Below, in pieces: positions 1 through 11,939 of a stretch of DNA of 64,000 bases; position 1 is the first letter of the stretch, and every line of letters begins with the position of its first letter. The position numbers were made by a program, and so were the translations under genes. The stretch spans positions 620,001 through 684,000 of the forward strand of contig NW_025767048.1 of the NCBI RefSeq assembly GCF_003918875.1. The letters run 5' to 3'. The notes below the pieces were generated by a model, which was given only the letters and a program-made list of their open reading frames with translations, did not search any database and was not told the origin of the DNA. This DNA is from Haliotis rubra. Taxonomy: Eukaryota.

Positions 1-1055
1 TCAATTTTGTAAACAATTTTTGATTAATCAGTGAAAGTAAAATGAAAAACAAAAGCAACAAAACCCCTTTCAATGAATACAATAAAGGACTCTGATTTAA
101 ACAAAGTGACTTGTGCGATTCCGCCTGTATCATGACTTTACGAATCATTGTAATCAAGTAGTGATGATACGAGGTGTTCACGAAAAGGCGATTTTAGAAA
201 GTTGGTTCTGACAGCACTTCGGACAGTATTTCAGATATCATACCCTGGTAGTTACATGTGGGCGAAACGTCAGAGATGATGTTGACTTTAAACGTTTGGC
301 GAAAACTGTTGACGCGAGTATGGTGAAAGCAGTAATCAAAATAATTTGATTCAAAACACTTAAATTGTGACATTATCTTGACAAAGTGTGAAAGTCTAAA
401 GTAGAAATCTATTGTGCCAGGAATGAATAAATTAGATCTTTCACATCTTGCACTCCACAAGCTTCTGGTTCCGCTGACCAATAATTTCTATGGATCATTG
501 TTGTACACCGGACCAAATATCCAGTGCCAAACAGGCAATTATTCCTTTTGTGCTTATCTATTGAAGGACAGCTGAAATGAACTGTCTTACAAATTAGAAA
601 GGAATATGATACACACCAATGACTGCTAGTCAATATCGAAACACCCAGTGAACATGAATGGCATCAGTTAATATTCCGCAGTTGGTCAATAAACATTCAA
701 AACACGGCCTTTGTGTTTTTATCGTCAGACACACTTAACGATGTGTACATTAGTGGATGATGAGACACATATATGCTATTACAAGCCAAATGAAGATACA
801 TTCGATTCTACAAAACGTTATGGTTTAAAAAAGAAAGGAGTGTTTTAAAAAAGTGATTTTGCACATGATCTCCTTAATAACCACAGCAACGACCATAAAC
901 AAATTGAAGATCCCCACATAAATACCAAGTTTCCATCTCGTGAATCAATAGACTGCATTGGCGGAGGACAGTTCAGTGTGCGAACCTTGGTAGTTGTGTT
1001 GGCTGTCAAAGTCGAAAGGAATAGAGTTACCTTTTCTGAGCTGAGACAAGGAAAT

Positions 1056-2240
1056 ATGACTATTAGAAGCATTCACGCTTTGATATTTAGTTTATGTCAT
1101 GTCCTCCCATCGAATTGTTTGGTGTGTACAGACCCAAGAGACTTACCACAGTTTACCGACAATGTGACAGCTACAAGTGAACCGTTTCGGACATTCAAGG
1201 GTATTGGTCCTCTGCAGTGTGTTAAGGAGTGCCTACTGAGGACACATTGTAGGAATATCTCCTACAACATCACGACTGCTACCTGTGCTCTTCACAAGTC
1301 CGATACTGTGATAACTGGAGGTGAAGGTGAGAGTGAATTATACAGTGACGTCACTTCCTGGCCTCAAAGGATGGCTGGTGAATGCGCTCATCACGACTGC
1401 CCCCTGAACACAATATGTCAGCCTCATGAAGATAAATACAGTTGTTATACACCTGAATGTCTACCTCCAGCTTCAGTAACAGATTCTGATCCATTGTTTG
1501 TTGAAAACAACTCTTTGACCTACCCAGTTGGCGAGGTAGTGGAGTACAGATGTCATGCTGGACATTTACCTGTTGGCAAACGTCAATGTCGTGAGGATGA
1601 AACCTGGTCACCTTTCATTTGTCGTAAAATACAAAGATGTGTTCAACTATCAACATGCAATTCCTCTTACACAGTTGATGAATACTGGCTATTTAAGGAT
1701 GATGATGGGTATAGCAAAGTAAAGATGTATTGCATCAAGGGAACGAAGAATTGGACACAGTATGTGAGTTTGTTGGATAACTACACCTCGGTCATGGCAG
1801 GACCACCAGAAACATGTCATGTCCAGTATGACAGCGACACAGTTGTGTATGGAAAACAGACTTTATCAAAGATTGCTGCTAATGATAAGGAAATACGCCA
1901 ATTTGCCCGCCGCATATTTCATGAAGGCGACACCAAATATCCACCTCTGGTCACTGGGGATTGCAGCATGGAGAAACAACTCTGTGATGTTGGCCCAAGT
2001 TTCTTCAAACTCAATCTCACCGGAACTGGACTCATTGTGGATGTTGTTGGAGACTGGGTTGTCTCAGGGGAAGGGTCCATCAACGTCACGATATCTGAGG
2101 ACAGTCGCATCATAGAGGGAACTTGTAAGGGAAGATGTGTTTTGTGTTATCTGGAAGGGAATGTTAACCTTAAAGTAGATCCAGCTTATACTCCTCCCTT
2201 GGAGAGTGCCATCATGCCAGTCTGTGACCAGGACCTGTGA
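1056..2240 (+). CDS. Intronless secreted protein: signal peptide - PAN/Apple - EGF-like - CCP/sushi - GON domain (394 aa)
   Basis: First in-frame ATG of ORF 978-2240 is at 1056, followed by a hydrophobic leader (MTIRSIHALIFSLCHVLPSNC). Motifs: PAN (CVKECLLRTHCRNISYN...CALH), EGF-like (CAHHDCPLNTICQPHEDKYSC), sushi (CLPP...YPVGEVVEYRCHAGHLPVGKRQCREDETWSPFIC). The C-terminal part follows the GON pattern (DEYWL...KMYC...YVSL...GDC...C...FKLNLTGTGL...W...G...IEGTCKGRCVLC). Domains recognised by eye. Confidence 0.85.
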   Translation: MTIRSIHALIFSLCHVLPSNCLVCTDPRDLPQFTDNVTATSEPFRTFKGIGPLQCVKECLLRTHCRNISYNITTATCALHKSDTVITGGEGESELYSDVTSWPQRMAGECAHHDCPLNTICQPHEDKYSCYTPECLPPASVTDSDPLFVENNSLTYPVGEVVEYRCHAGHLPVGKRQCREDETWSPFICRKIQRCVQLSTCNSSYTVDEYWLFKDDDGYSKVKMYCIKGTKNWTQYVSLLDNYTSVMAGPPETCHVQYDSDTVVYGKQTLSKIAANDKEIRQFARRIFHEGDTKYPPLVTGDCSMEKQLCDVGPSFFKLNLTGTGLIVDVVGDWVVSGEGSINVTISEDSRIIEGTCKGRCVLCYLEGNVNLKVDPAYTPPLESAIMPVCDQDL

Positions 2241-2476
2241 TCCGTACACAGTAGCAATCTGATACTTTAACTGCTGAAAGTTATTGGGAATCATTCTGTC
2301 GGCGGAATCCCCAACTTTTTAAGTTAACTTGTCTGGATCTATGAAGTAGTAACATCATTGGCTTACGGTATGAGTTCCGCAAACTGTATGTTAGATTATT
2401 GGTGACAAGGGTGCGTGGTCCGAAACAAGCATATCGCTATGATCGTGGCATTTCTGTATTGCATGTATTGAGTTAG

Positions 2477-2837
2477 GTGAGGTGAGGTGAGGTGAAATTG
2501 GGTTTAACGTCGTGCTTGAGAATATTTAGCTCATATGACGACGTGCATGCGTGTGTATGTGTATGTGCGGCTGCTTGTACTAGCCCAGACTTAAGCTGGT
2601 TTTATAGTGCTAGCTCACTGAGATACCATGCCGCAGTGAAGCATGAATACCCCACTCAGACACATTGTACTGACTCCGAGCCGACAAGTCCTTGTTGTAC
2701 CCATTAATGCCGAGCGCCAGGCAGGGACCAACAAGTACCATATTTTAACGTCTTTTGGTATGTTGCGGTCGGGGATCGAACCCGCGACCTTCCGCACTCC
2801 GGGCGGACGCTCTAACCACTACACCACGGAGGCGGTC
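2477..2837 (-). mobile_element. tRNA-headed SINE family A (Meta/MESC-like central domain), full length
   Basis: A/B-box head on minus strand, (GAGGT)n tail, TSD tgcatgtattg(a/c)gttag at 2460-2476 and 2838-2854; near-identical to copies at 28690 and 42964. Confidence 0.85.
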
Positions 2838-3512
2838 TGCATGTATTGCGTTAGAATAGCCTGAGCGGAAATATCGTAGATCACACATTCATTACCCTTT
2901 GATCGTAAAAATATCATACAAACAAACAAACAAGAATATATATTAATATATATGCCATATGGGTGTATATAGGCGTTGCGATGCATTTTCCATGTGTATA
3001 TATGCAGTTAATTATGGGATGTTTAGGTATTGTATACCACTGTAATTGATAAAAGGAACACATATTATGTTTAGGAACGCGCTTTTAGTTGTGACGTGCA
3101 CTCATCTTGTGAACTGTAGGTGAGTGAGATTGTGGGAGTTATTGCTGCAAAATGGTGACCCCTGAAAAATAGATTTATGTTTTTAAATTGAAACTTGCTG
3201 ACGTCAATTTCACATGACAGCGAAGCCCTATCATATGATCGTCAGGTGTTTGGCAAACCCGCCATCTGAGCGAGCGTTGTAAATGTATGGACATGCTGCT
3301 TACAGGCGAAATGTCTTAACATAAAAAATGGTTTGTTAATAGCTAGAATAATCTAGTATGGACCTATGGTATACACGATTACTATCTGCCTCACCTCAGG
3401 CAGAGTGTGTCACAACCTTTGTTTCAGCCATGATCTTTTTATCCAGCACTATCACTTTATAGGCTGCAGGATTATTTGCTTTCTAAGTAGGAAATGTCTG
3501 TGGTTCATTAAT

Positions 3513-3710
3513 AGTGAGTGAGTGAGTTTACTTTTACGCCGCACTCAGCAATATTCCAGCTATATGGCGGCGGTCTGTAAATAATTGAGTCTGGACCAGA
3601 CAATCCAGTGATCTACAGCAGGAACATCGATCTGCGCAATTGAGAACCGATGACATATGTCAACCAAGCCTACGAGTCTGACCACCCGATCCCGTTAGTC
3701 CCGTTCTACA
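3513..3710 (-). mobile_element. Short retroposon family C, 5'-truncated copy
   Basis: Matches the family C body and (GTGA)n tail seen at 11694, 24037, 24890. Confidence 0.8.
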
Positions 3711-3899
3711 CACAACACAAACAGCTGAGCACCATACATGGGTTTGGATGTATTTCGAAATATTTGCGATTTTGGAATCATTACGACATATTTGTGATAT
3801 ATCTTGGCAAATTCTTTGGTTTATTTAATGAATAAAATTTGATAAAAGCATGTTGTTTGTCCTCATGGAGTTCAGCTTAACAGAGTCTTTAACGGTTTT

Positions 3900-4268
3900 C
3901 AACGAACAAATGAAAGAATGACAATTGTTGCAAAGTTACACTTCCGGATACTGTCTGGGATGTCTCAGAAAATGGTGTTTATAAACTTTGGAATATACAG
4001 CCCAAAACAATCTTGCCAACAAACCTGATCTTGTCCTCTTTGATAAAGCCATCGAATTAAAAACAATTTGGTCCCTTTTGACAGCAGTATGATTGGCAAG
4101 ATTCAGGAAAAAACGTGATAAATATGCGGACTTCGCCTCTGAAATGTCTCGCTTGCGTACGCTGTCGTCAGACTCTCCATTGTTCTAGGTGGCCTTGGTT
4201 TGGCACCTCCAGATGAAGAGTATGTCCGGGTTCTCCACCAGGGGCACAGCCCTTCTGACACTTTTGGT
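3900..4268 (+). pseudogene. Decayed R4/Dong-like non-LTR retrotransposon, restriction-like endonuclease region (5' part)
   Basis: Frameshifted translation gives VSENGVYKLWN...ILANKPDLVLFDK...PFDSS...QEKRDKYADFASE...IVLGGLG, the PD-(D/E)xK RLE signature of R4-type elements. It continues after 9135. Confidence 0.65.
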
Positions 4269-4407
4269 TAGAGTTCTGCGCCCCTGACGAGAAGCTGAGA
4301 AAATTCGCTGTGGAGAAAAGAAGCCTGGTAATATAATATTTCCACTACCAACACACACATAAACTGCCTGAGATATCCAGTAAGCGTCCTAGCATAGATT
4401 AGCATTC

Positions 4408-5480
4408 ATGATGATTGATATTTCGCTCTACAGAGCGAAGATTGGACGTTTCAAGCACCCGAGGGGTACGCGGCAGGTACTGAGGTAGACCAGGTTCACT
4501 ACAGGTACACGCCATACACTGACAGCTCGGACATGCCCTATCGACTCACCATATGCTCGTTAGTGATATCGATACATCTGATTCTCTCCTTCTCGCTGAT
4601 CAGGTACGGAGAACAGCTTGATACTTTACCCTTGCTCTCACCCATGTTGTCAACTGATCAATGTTTACACCTGCGTGATAGTTGTGACGTCACAAGCTCA
4701 ACCACCTTGTTTAAACTACGACCTATCATGTTGGGATGTGCACTCCTACCAACAACTATACACCTAGCAGGCGATGTAGAACTGAACCCAGGGCCTATGA
4801 GTAGAGAATTGGAGGAAATACAAAGCAATATTTTCAAACGGATTCAGGATTCAGAGGATAGAGTTTGTGGAGAAATCAACTCAGTCAAAGAGGACATAAA
4901 ATCTCTTAAGTCTGACATCACCTAAGGACTGACATTGACAACACTAAACAAGAACAGGATATACTTAGAGTTGATATAGATGCTCTGAATGACAGGGTCA
5001 TAGATACAGACAACTACCTATGTGAGTTAGAGAAAAGGATAGAGGACCAGGAACAGAGGAGTAGAAGAAATAATATGGTGTTATATGGCATACCAGAGTC
5101 TTCAGCTAAAGAGACTTATACTGAGAGCAAGGCCAAGGTTCTGGAGGTACTTAACACTGCTAGAGAGGTTAAGAAGTTACCACCACTAACACCAAGAGAC
5201 ATAGAGAGGGCACACAGGATATCTACCTGGAAATCAGATTCTAATAGGCCTGTTATTGTGAGAATGTTGCATTAGGAGGACAAGTGGCATAGTGTAAAAA
5301 TGAGGGATATTCTAAGAGAAAATGGAATTGGCATCGCTAATGACCTCACGGCTGCACAGAGACAAGATCTCTCTAGGAAGAGACGCGAACATCCGATAGA
5401 AGGTTCTTTTTTAAGGGGAGTAGATTGGTGGATGAACCAAGGGAGACGACACTGGAAAGAACAGTTCCGCCCAAGGTAAC
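4408..5480 (+). pseudogene. LINE ORF1 remnant: N-terminal YRAKIGRF motif, hydrophobic segment, 2A motif, coiled coil, L1-type RRM/CTD
   Basis: MMIDISLYRAKIGRF at 4408; GDVELNPGP at 4770-4796; heptad-rich region; EDQEQRSRRNNMVLYGIPE and DIERAHRI...RPVIVR motifs; interrupted by stops and frameshifts. Confidence 0.8.
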
Positions 5481-5679
5481 AACCAACAGTCACAACAACA
5501 GCAAAATGGACGACAACAACAGCAACAACAACACCAGTACAGGTCTGCACCTCGTCGTTCCTCCAGGACACAACATAGATAGGGTTTAGGCCAGGCCGGA
5601 AACATCAATAAACATTCCACAGCACATTATTATGAACATAATATTGATATACCTCAGGAAAATCCAAATACACCGGATC

Positions 5680-8600
5680 AAGACATTCACTTTATATTTT
5701 GGAATATATCAGGTATCATACATAAACTCTGTGAATATGACTTTATTAGATACCTGCACATTTTGATATAACAGGATTAACTGAGACGTGGGCGGATGGC
5801 TTAGACTTAGAACATGTATTCTCAGACTACTCTTCTATCTCCAAACATGCAGAACGAATTTCCAACTATGGCAGACTCTCTTGTGGAATATCTATTTTGA
5901 TAAGGAAAGAATTTGAAAAGTTTGTAACTGCAAATGCTGTATTTATTATGCTTGATAAAAACCTGTTTGGTTTAGATCATGATTTTTTATATGCATGTGC
6001 CTATGTTCACCCAGAATCATCTACCTGGTACAACAAGCCATCATTATATTGTAAAATGGTATCAGTATGTTTCAAGATAGCCTCCTAGAAATACTAAATG
6101 TTGTCCATGAAGATATTTTTATCTTATGCGGTGGAGACTTCAATGCACAAACAGGAACCGATGCAGATTTTGTTGAAGATGATTTACTTGAACAAGTTGA
6201 AAATCAAAATGTTCCACTATTAGATTCTATATGTGACAATTTTAATCTACTACGTTACTCTACCAATAAGAAAATAAACTTTGGTAGATATTTCCTTGAC
6301 CTCTGCGCTGTACTTAACATTCACATAATGAACGGGCAATGTGGTTCCGACTCTAAGATTGGAGATTTTACTTACATTGGTATTAACGGTGCAAGTGTGG
6401 TAGACTACATTATCTCCTCTGCGTGAATGTTTGATTATGTAACTGACTTTGCGATACCATCTCGAACAGGGTCAGCACATCTCCCGGTCACTATGAAATT
6501 ACGTGCGCTTCATGTTAGAGAATCATGTACATGTACACATAACAACAAATATAATAATGCTTTCAAATTTATTTGGGATCATGACAAACTTGAATATTTT
6601 AGACAAAAGATTTTATCAGATTCTGTTCAAAATCTCTTAGACAAATCAGTCGATAGTGCGTTTACATGTATTGATACCAGCATTGAATTTCTTGTAGACG
6701 CCCTTTGTCTAGCAGCATCAGATATGAAAAGAAAGTGTGGAAATATGAAAACTAATTTTAATGATTGGTATGATAATGAATGTAGAAAACTTAAAACTGA
6801 ACGCTGCAAATCACTGAACAAGTTTAGAAAACGTAAAGATATATCCTCATTGGAACAATATTATCTATCAAGAAATAAACGCACTGCATATTATAAAGAG
6901 AAACATAATAAAATAGACAATAACAATAATGACTCCAAAAGATTTTGGTACGAATTGAAATATTTAAATAGAAAGAGAGTGCCAAAAAGCAATATCCAAA
7001 CACAAGAGTGGTTTCACCACTTTAAAACATTGTTTTCTGATGCAAATGTAGATATTGAGAGAAATACTGAAAGTGATGAACATGACTTTTTGTTAAATGA
7101 TTACCCAAACAGTGACCTTAAAATAGAAATTCTTGACTCTCCAATATCCATAGAAGAGATCTTAGATAGCATAAACAACCTTAAACTCAACAAATCCCCA
7201 GGAATAGATAATTTAATTCCAGAATTTTTCAAGTACTATGCTGATCTTCTACTACCTTATCTTGAGTTAGTTTTCAATCTGTTATTAGAAAGAGGGACAT
7301 TTCCTACCTCCTGGTCTGTTGGGATAATAGTTTCTTTACACAAGCAAGGTAATTTGAACAATGTTGACAACTACAGGGGAATCACACTGTTAAGCATATT
7401 CAGTAAAGTTTCCACCTCAATCATCAACCAAAGATAATTTTTTGGGGGTGAAACAATGAATAAATTAAATGAATCTCAGGCTGGATTTAGACAGGGATAT
7501 ACAACAATTGATAACATGTTTATATTACAGAGTGTGATACAAAGATATTTGAATACTCAATGTGGCAGGTTATATGCATTGTTTGTTGACTGTTCAAAAA
7601 CTTTTGATTCTGTGCAAAGACATACGATATGGGGACTATGTAACACAAATGGACTCAGCCTCAAAAAATGACCAATCTATTACGTAACATGTATGGGAAT
7701 GTTAAAGCTTGTGTCAGGAATAACACTGTACTCTCTGAACTTTTGATGTACTTATTGGAGTTAGGCAAGGTTATGTACTCAGTGCTTGTTTGTTTTCCTT
7801 CTTCATAAATGAACTAGCAGTACAGATTGAAAATAATTGCTCACATGGTATACAGTTGCATCCCGATATGTTTCATCTTTTCCTTTTATTATTTGCAGAT
7901 GATATTGTTTTCATCTCGAGTACTATCATTGGCCTACATAAGCAAATTAACGGACTACAAAACTACTGTAAAAAATCATGCCTAAATGTAAATGGATAAA
8001 ACGAAAGGAGTTGTTTTTAAAAAAGGGGTGAAGTTATCCAAAAAGGAAAATGGTTTTATAAAGGCAGTACTATAGAGACTACCACTTAATATATCTTGGT
8101 GAATACTTCACTTATCATCTTTCATGGCTGGTACATGCATAATATGCATCTATTCAAGCACGAAAGGTATTGATAGGTATATCGAGAAATATTAAAATAC
8201 TCGGGGATTTAAATTTAACATCCTTTTTTAGAATATTTGATGTTAAAATCAAACCAATTCTACTGTATGGTGCGGAAATATGGGGATTTAAATACTTTGA
8301 TTCCATAGAAAAAGTACATTTATTTGCTTGCAAAAAATTTCTCGGGGTAAAGATGAGCACATCAAATGTTACGGTGTATGGGGAATGTGGCAGATACCCG
8401 CTAATCATATCTTCACAAATCAGGGCTATTAAATATTGGATAAGGTTATTAAGTATGTCATCCTACCGTTTACCAAAAATATGCTATAATATGATGTTAC
8501 TATATGACAAAGAAGGTAAAAAGAATTGGACAACACATGTTAAACACCTACTATTTTCTACAGGATTTAATCATTTATGGTATGAACAAAACGTTGAATG

Positions 8601-9070
8601 TTCGTCATTGTTTCTAAATGCATTCACTCAAAGATTAAAAGATATTTACCAGCAGAAATTGTTGGAAACAATTTCATTATCTACAAAATGTAATTATTAT
8701 TCAATCTTTAAAACACACATTTATACTGAACGTTATTTATCATGTGTTAATGTTAAGAAATATAGAATAGCTTTAGCTCGTTTCCGTTGTTCATCTCATG
8801 ATTTATTAATTGAAAGAGGTAGGTTTATGAATATCAAAATAGAGGATAGATTATGTAGATGTTGTAATAATAATCTTATAGAAGACGAATATCATTTTCT
8901 TCTACTATGCCCAGCATATAATACTATACGTAAAAAATATATTAAAGAACTCTAATTTGTCCATCCATCGATTGATAAATTTTCGTCTCTATTGAATTCT
9001 TCAAATGAAAGTGTAATTAAAAATGTTGCTGTTTTCATTTATCAAGCCATGTCGATCAGAAATTTGAAAT
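5680..9070 (+). pseudogene. LINE ORF2 remnant: apurinic endonuclease + reverse transcriptase + C-terminal CCHC
   Basis: WNISG, LTETW, GDFNA, SVVDY, SAHLP (APE); KSPGID, NYRGITLL, QAGFR, LLFADD (RT); RLCRCC...EDEYHFLLLCPAY. Confidence 0.92.
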
Positions 9071-9135
9071 ATGAAATGTACTATAGGCCTGTGGCCTCCT
9101 CAGTACTGAAATAAAGATTGATTGACACTTTTGGT

Positions 9136-9340
9136 AATACAAACTACTTCAGTGTTGGGGAGTCTAGATATTCTCAGGAAAGGTCTTTGTGGGTTTGACT
9201 TGGCAGCACTTCTTGTTAGAACACCCATTCGCTGTCTGGGCTGCGTGTAGAGGGGACAAAGGGGGTCTGACATGATGGTGAGCCTTACCAGCTTGAGTGT
9301 ACCAGGAACTCCCAACCTCACTCTCCTGCATTTTATTTAA
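9136..9340 (+). pseudogene. 3' remainder of the R4/Dong-like element split by the LINE
   Basis: Right after the second TSD copy the sequence reads IQTTSVLGSLDILRKGL, resembling the terminal QKxxxLGxxxILRKxL helix of R4-type ORFs. The 3' boundary is approximate. Confidence 0.55.
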
Positions 9341-10192
9341 ATCTGTAAAACCCGACATGAAGGAACATATTAATAATGAAGGCAAACCAATCTATTTGCG
9401 TGAAAACTACAGTCACTGAAACCTCGACATCACGAGGTCAATCGAAAATTTAGTGCACCAGAAACACTCGACCCATGTCCAATAGGTTAAACGTGTCAAC
9501 GCATAGGCTACCACAGTATCGATGTCAACTTATAATGAATGACATGCGCTACCCGCACATCAGCAAAATACATACATGAGCAAGAGAAATATCGACGTCA
9601 GTGCTTGGTGATGCCCCCACTAAGTCAAATATATAGCTTCGAATGGATCCAGGGTCATTATCATATTAAATGGATATAAAGTTTCGTTATTTTGGTGCTA
9701 AAATATATCTCAGATGACATGTAATTCAACTTCGTGTCTCCCATAATGGAATGTGCATTCTGTCGGATTATAACGAAAAACACATAAGTCACAGGAGTTC
9801 GTGTAAATCAAAACATATCTTATACATGGATGTTAATAAACACACAAACATTTCCTATATCATATTATTAAGGAATGTCTGTCAAAAGCAGAGGCCATTG
9901 CACCAATCCGACTATATCAGGAATATATTTTCATGAATAACTATCAAATAGTTATGACACCAGGTGCTTGAGAAAAGAGAACGTATCCTGGCACCCGTCA
10001 CAAACACATGCAGAGACCAGGCATATATCCACTTAAAAAAACCACACATACACATGTATGTGAAAGAGAAAGAGATTTAGAAATGTCCTGCACATATCCT
10101 ACACTAAACATGTTGAAAGCTTTGGAGTGTAACCTTGACAAAATACTTTTACAATTACATCCAACCTTGAAATTCTTGCATAAATCATGTGA

Positions 10193-10672
10193 TCATCCAC
10201 CAGGTGCACTCACAGAAATCGGCTGGCGATTCCACTTTAAGATAGCTTCACAGTAGAATGAGTTCGGCGTTTCTTTACACATTTGATCCAGCGAGCAGTT
10301 GTGTCCGGCACAGTTTCCAGCCATCCTGTTTGGCCAGTCTGTCATCTCAGCATACCAAACACCTTCCGCAGGTTCAACTATTGCATAGCCAGACGTTGCC
10401 GACTTGACAACAGAGTCATTCAGCTCACACAACGAGTTGATGCGATTGTATGACACTGAGTGACATGCCACATAGTGAAGACATGTCAGAACACACGACA
10501 AGGGCCCTACAGTGTCTTCAAGAATCTGGATTGGCTCTGGAGATACCATCCGGTGAGCCTTACTAAACAAGATCAACGTTTCAGGATATAGTGCACACGC
10601 CTTCCGCCTTTCATCATAACCATGTGATCCTACCATCATGAAAACAAAGGCGAGGCTTCTCATTGAACTCAT
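10193..10672 (-). CDS. Small secreted PAN/Apple + EGF-like protein, paralogue of the N-terminal half of the 1056-2240 gene
   Basis: Leader MSSMRSLAFVFMMVGSHG; GPLSCVLTCLHYVACHSVSYNRINSLCELN aligns with GPLQCVKECLLRTHCRNISYNITTATCALH; WPNRMAGNCAGHNC aligns with WPQRMAGECAHHDC. A possible GTGAGT donor near 10213 makes the 3' end uncertain. Confidence 0.75.
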   Translation of the reverse strand: MSSMRSLAFVFMMVGSHGYDERRKACALYPETLILFSKAHRMVSPEPIQILEDTVGPLSCVLTCLHYVACHSVSYNRINSLCELNDSVVKSATSGYAIVEPAEGVWYAEMTDWPNRMAGNCAGHNCSLDQMCKETPNSFYCEAILKWNRQPISVSAPGG

Positions 10673-11693
10673 GTAGCAGAAATACAGGGGGATAATGTGA
10701 TGAGACGATGATCCTGCCGCTTGACCTGTAGTTGATGTAGTCTTGATTGAACCAATATCCTCGCTGTATAAGGCTGATTGTCTTTTGAAACGAACGGGAA
10801 CCGTCTAGCAAGTCTGAAAAAGGTCTGCCAATAACATGTCACGAAGAATGTTCCTACAATGGCTTACCTACAATGGCTCGACTGTTGCTATTGGCTGTTC
10901 AGCATCGGGGCCCGGATATAAAACTTCAGACACTTCCATGTATCTAACACAACATAGCTAATAAATAACTCTGTGCATTTATAGCTACAAATTACCTCCA
11001 TTACCACAAAAGATATCTACGACTTATTCGACAATCGTTATACAAATCGATGCGTGTAATATCAAGGTTGAAGTTAATCACGTATATCTTGGTTTAGTCA
11101 AACAGTTGGTCGTTAATGTTATTTGTGCTTATGCACTGTGACATTTATCATTGTCACTTAACAAGAAATTCCTTCTGATATAATGTGCTGAAAACAAGAG
11201 AAACAGCAGCCATGGTCACTTTGTGATATCGAGTACTGAGTTGTAAGCACGGTTTTCTATGTTGTCTCCACACGTAGTGGGTAAATGTCACCGAAAATGA
11301 TGTCCTAGTAACCCTGGCAATCGAAAATGGTCTGAGAGTAACGACAACACCCTTTCTACTTTCCTAAGAAATATCTGCTAAAAGCAGAATCTATTGTGCA
11401 GTTCTGACTATATCATGAGAATATGTTTGTTTGACGCAACATTCAACAGTGTTACAGCTGTACGACACGCTCTGCAAACAGTCGAGCCAGACAATTTTGT
11501 GATTTACACTATGGGATATGATGACTGAGCATGTGCTTATGAATTTGATCTGAACCTTTGTTTTTGGTTGAACCTTTTTCTCAGGCTGTCTGTATATCTT
11601 TTGTTTCTCATGTCCCCACACCCCCAAACGCCCGCCTTGAATTTCCATTCCAGTGTGAAATAATTACACGTTTCTTTTCCAGGTCGTTGAGGA

Positions 11694-11939
11694 GTGAGTA
11701 AGTGAGTTTAGTTTTACGACACACTCAGCAATATCCCAGCTATATGGCGGCGGTTTGTAAATAATCGCGTCTGGACCAGATAATCCAGTGATCAACACCA
11801 TGGACATCGATCTACGCAATTGGGATACGATGACATGTGTCAGCCAAGTCAGCGAGCCTGACCAACCAATCCCGTTAGTCGCCTCTTACGACAAGCATGG
11901 GTTACTGGAGACCAACTCTAACCCGGATTTTCACGGGTG
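11694..11939 (-). mobile_element. Short retroposon family C, full length (~245 bp, no tRNA head)
   Basis: 13-bp TSD aggtcgttgagga at 11681-11693 and 11940-11952; (ACTC)n tail. Confidence 0.88.

Larger units (their letters stand above)
4269..9122 (+). mobile_element. Full-length decayed APE-RT LINE (RTEX or CR1/L2-group-like) with 2A-containing ORF1
   Basis: 13-bp TSD tgacacttttggt at 4256-4268 and 9123-9135; AATAAA plus (GATT)n tail; ORF1 and ORF2 remnants with many stops and frameshifts. Clade assignment is inference. Confidence 0.92.

Noticed and set aside
978-1055. N-terminal extension of the first gene from the GTG start in the ORF track
   Set aside because: Eukaryotic gene; the ATG at 1056 directly precedes the signal peptide.
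2492-2864. Recurrent 60-80 aa ORFs (MNTPLRHI..., MLMLLITGLSGPDSIIYR...) across the window
   Set aside because: Translations of SINE copies, not genes.
9164-9385. Second exon for the 10193-10672 gene
   Set aside because: No domain content; region is better explained as the R4-like 3' remainder on the plus strand; the best acceptor gives an immediate stop.
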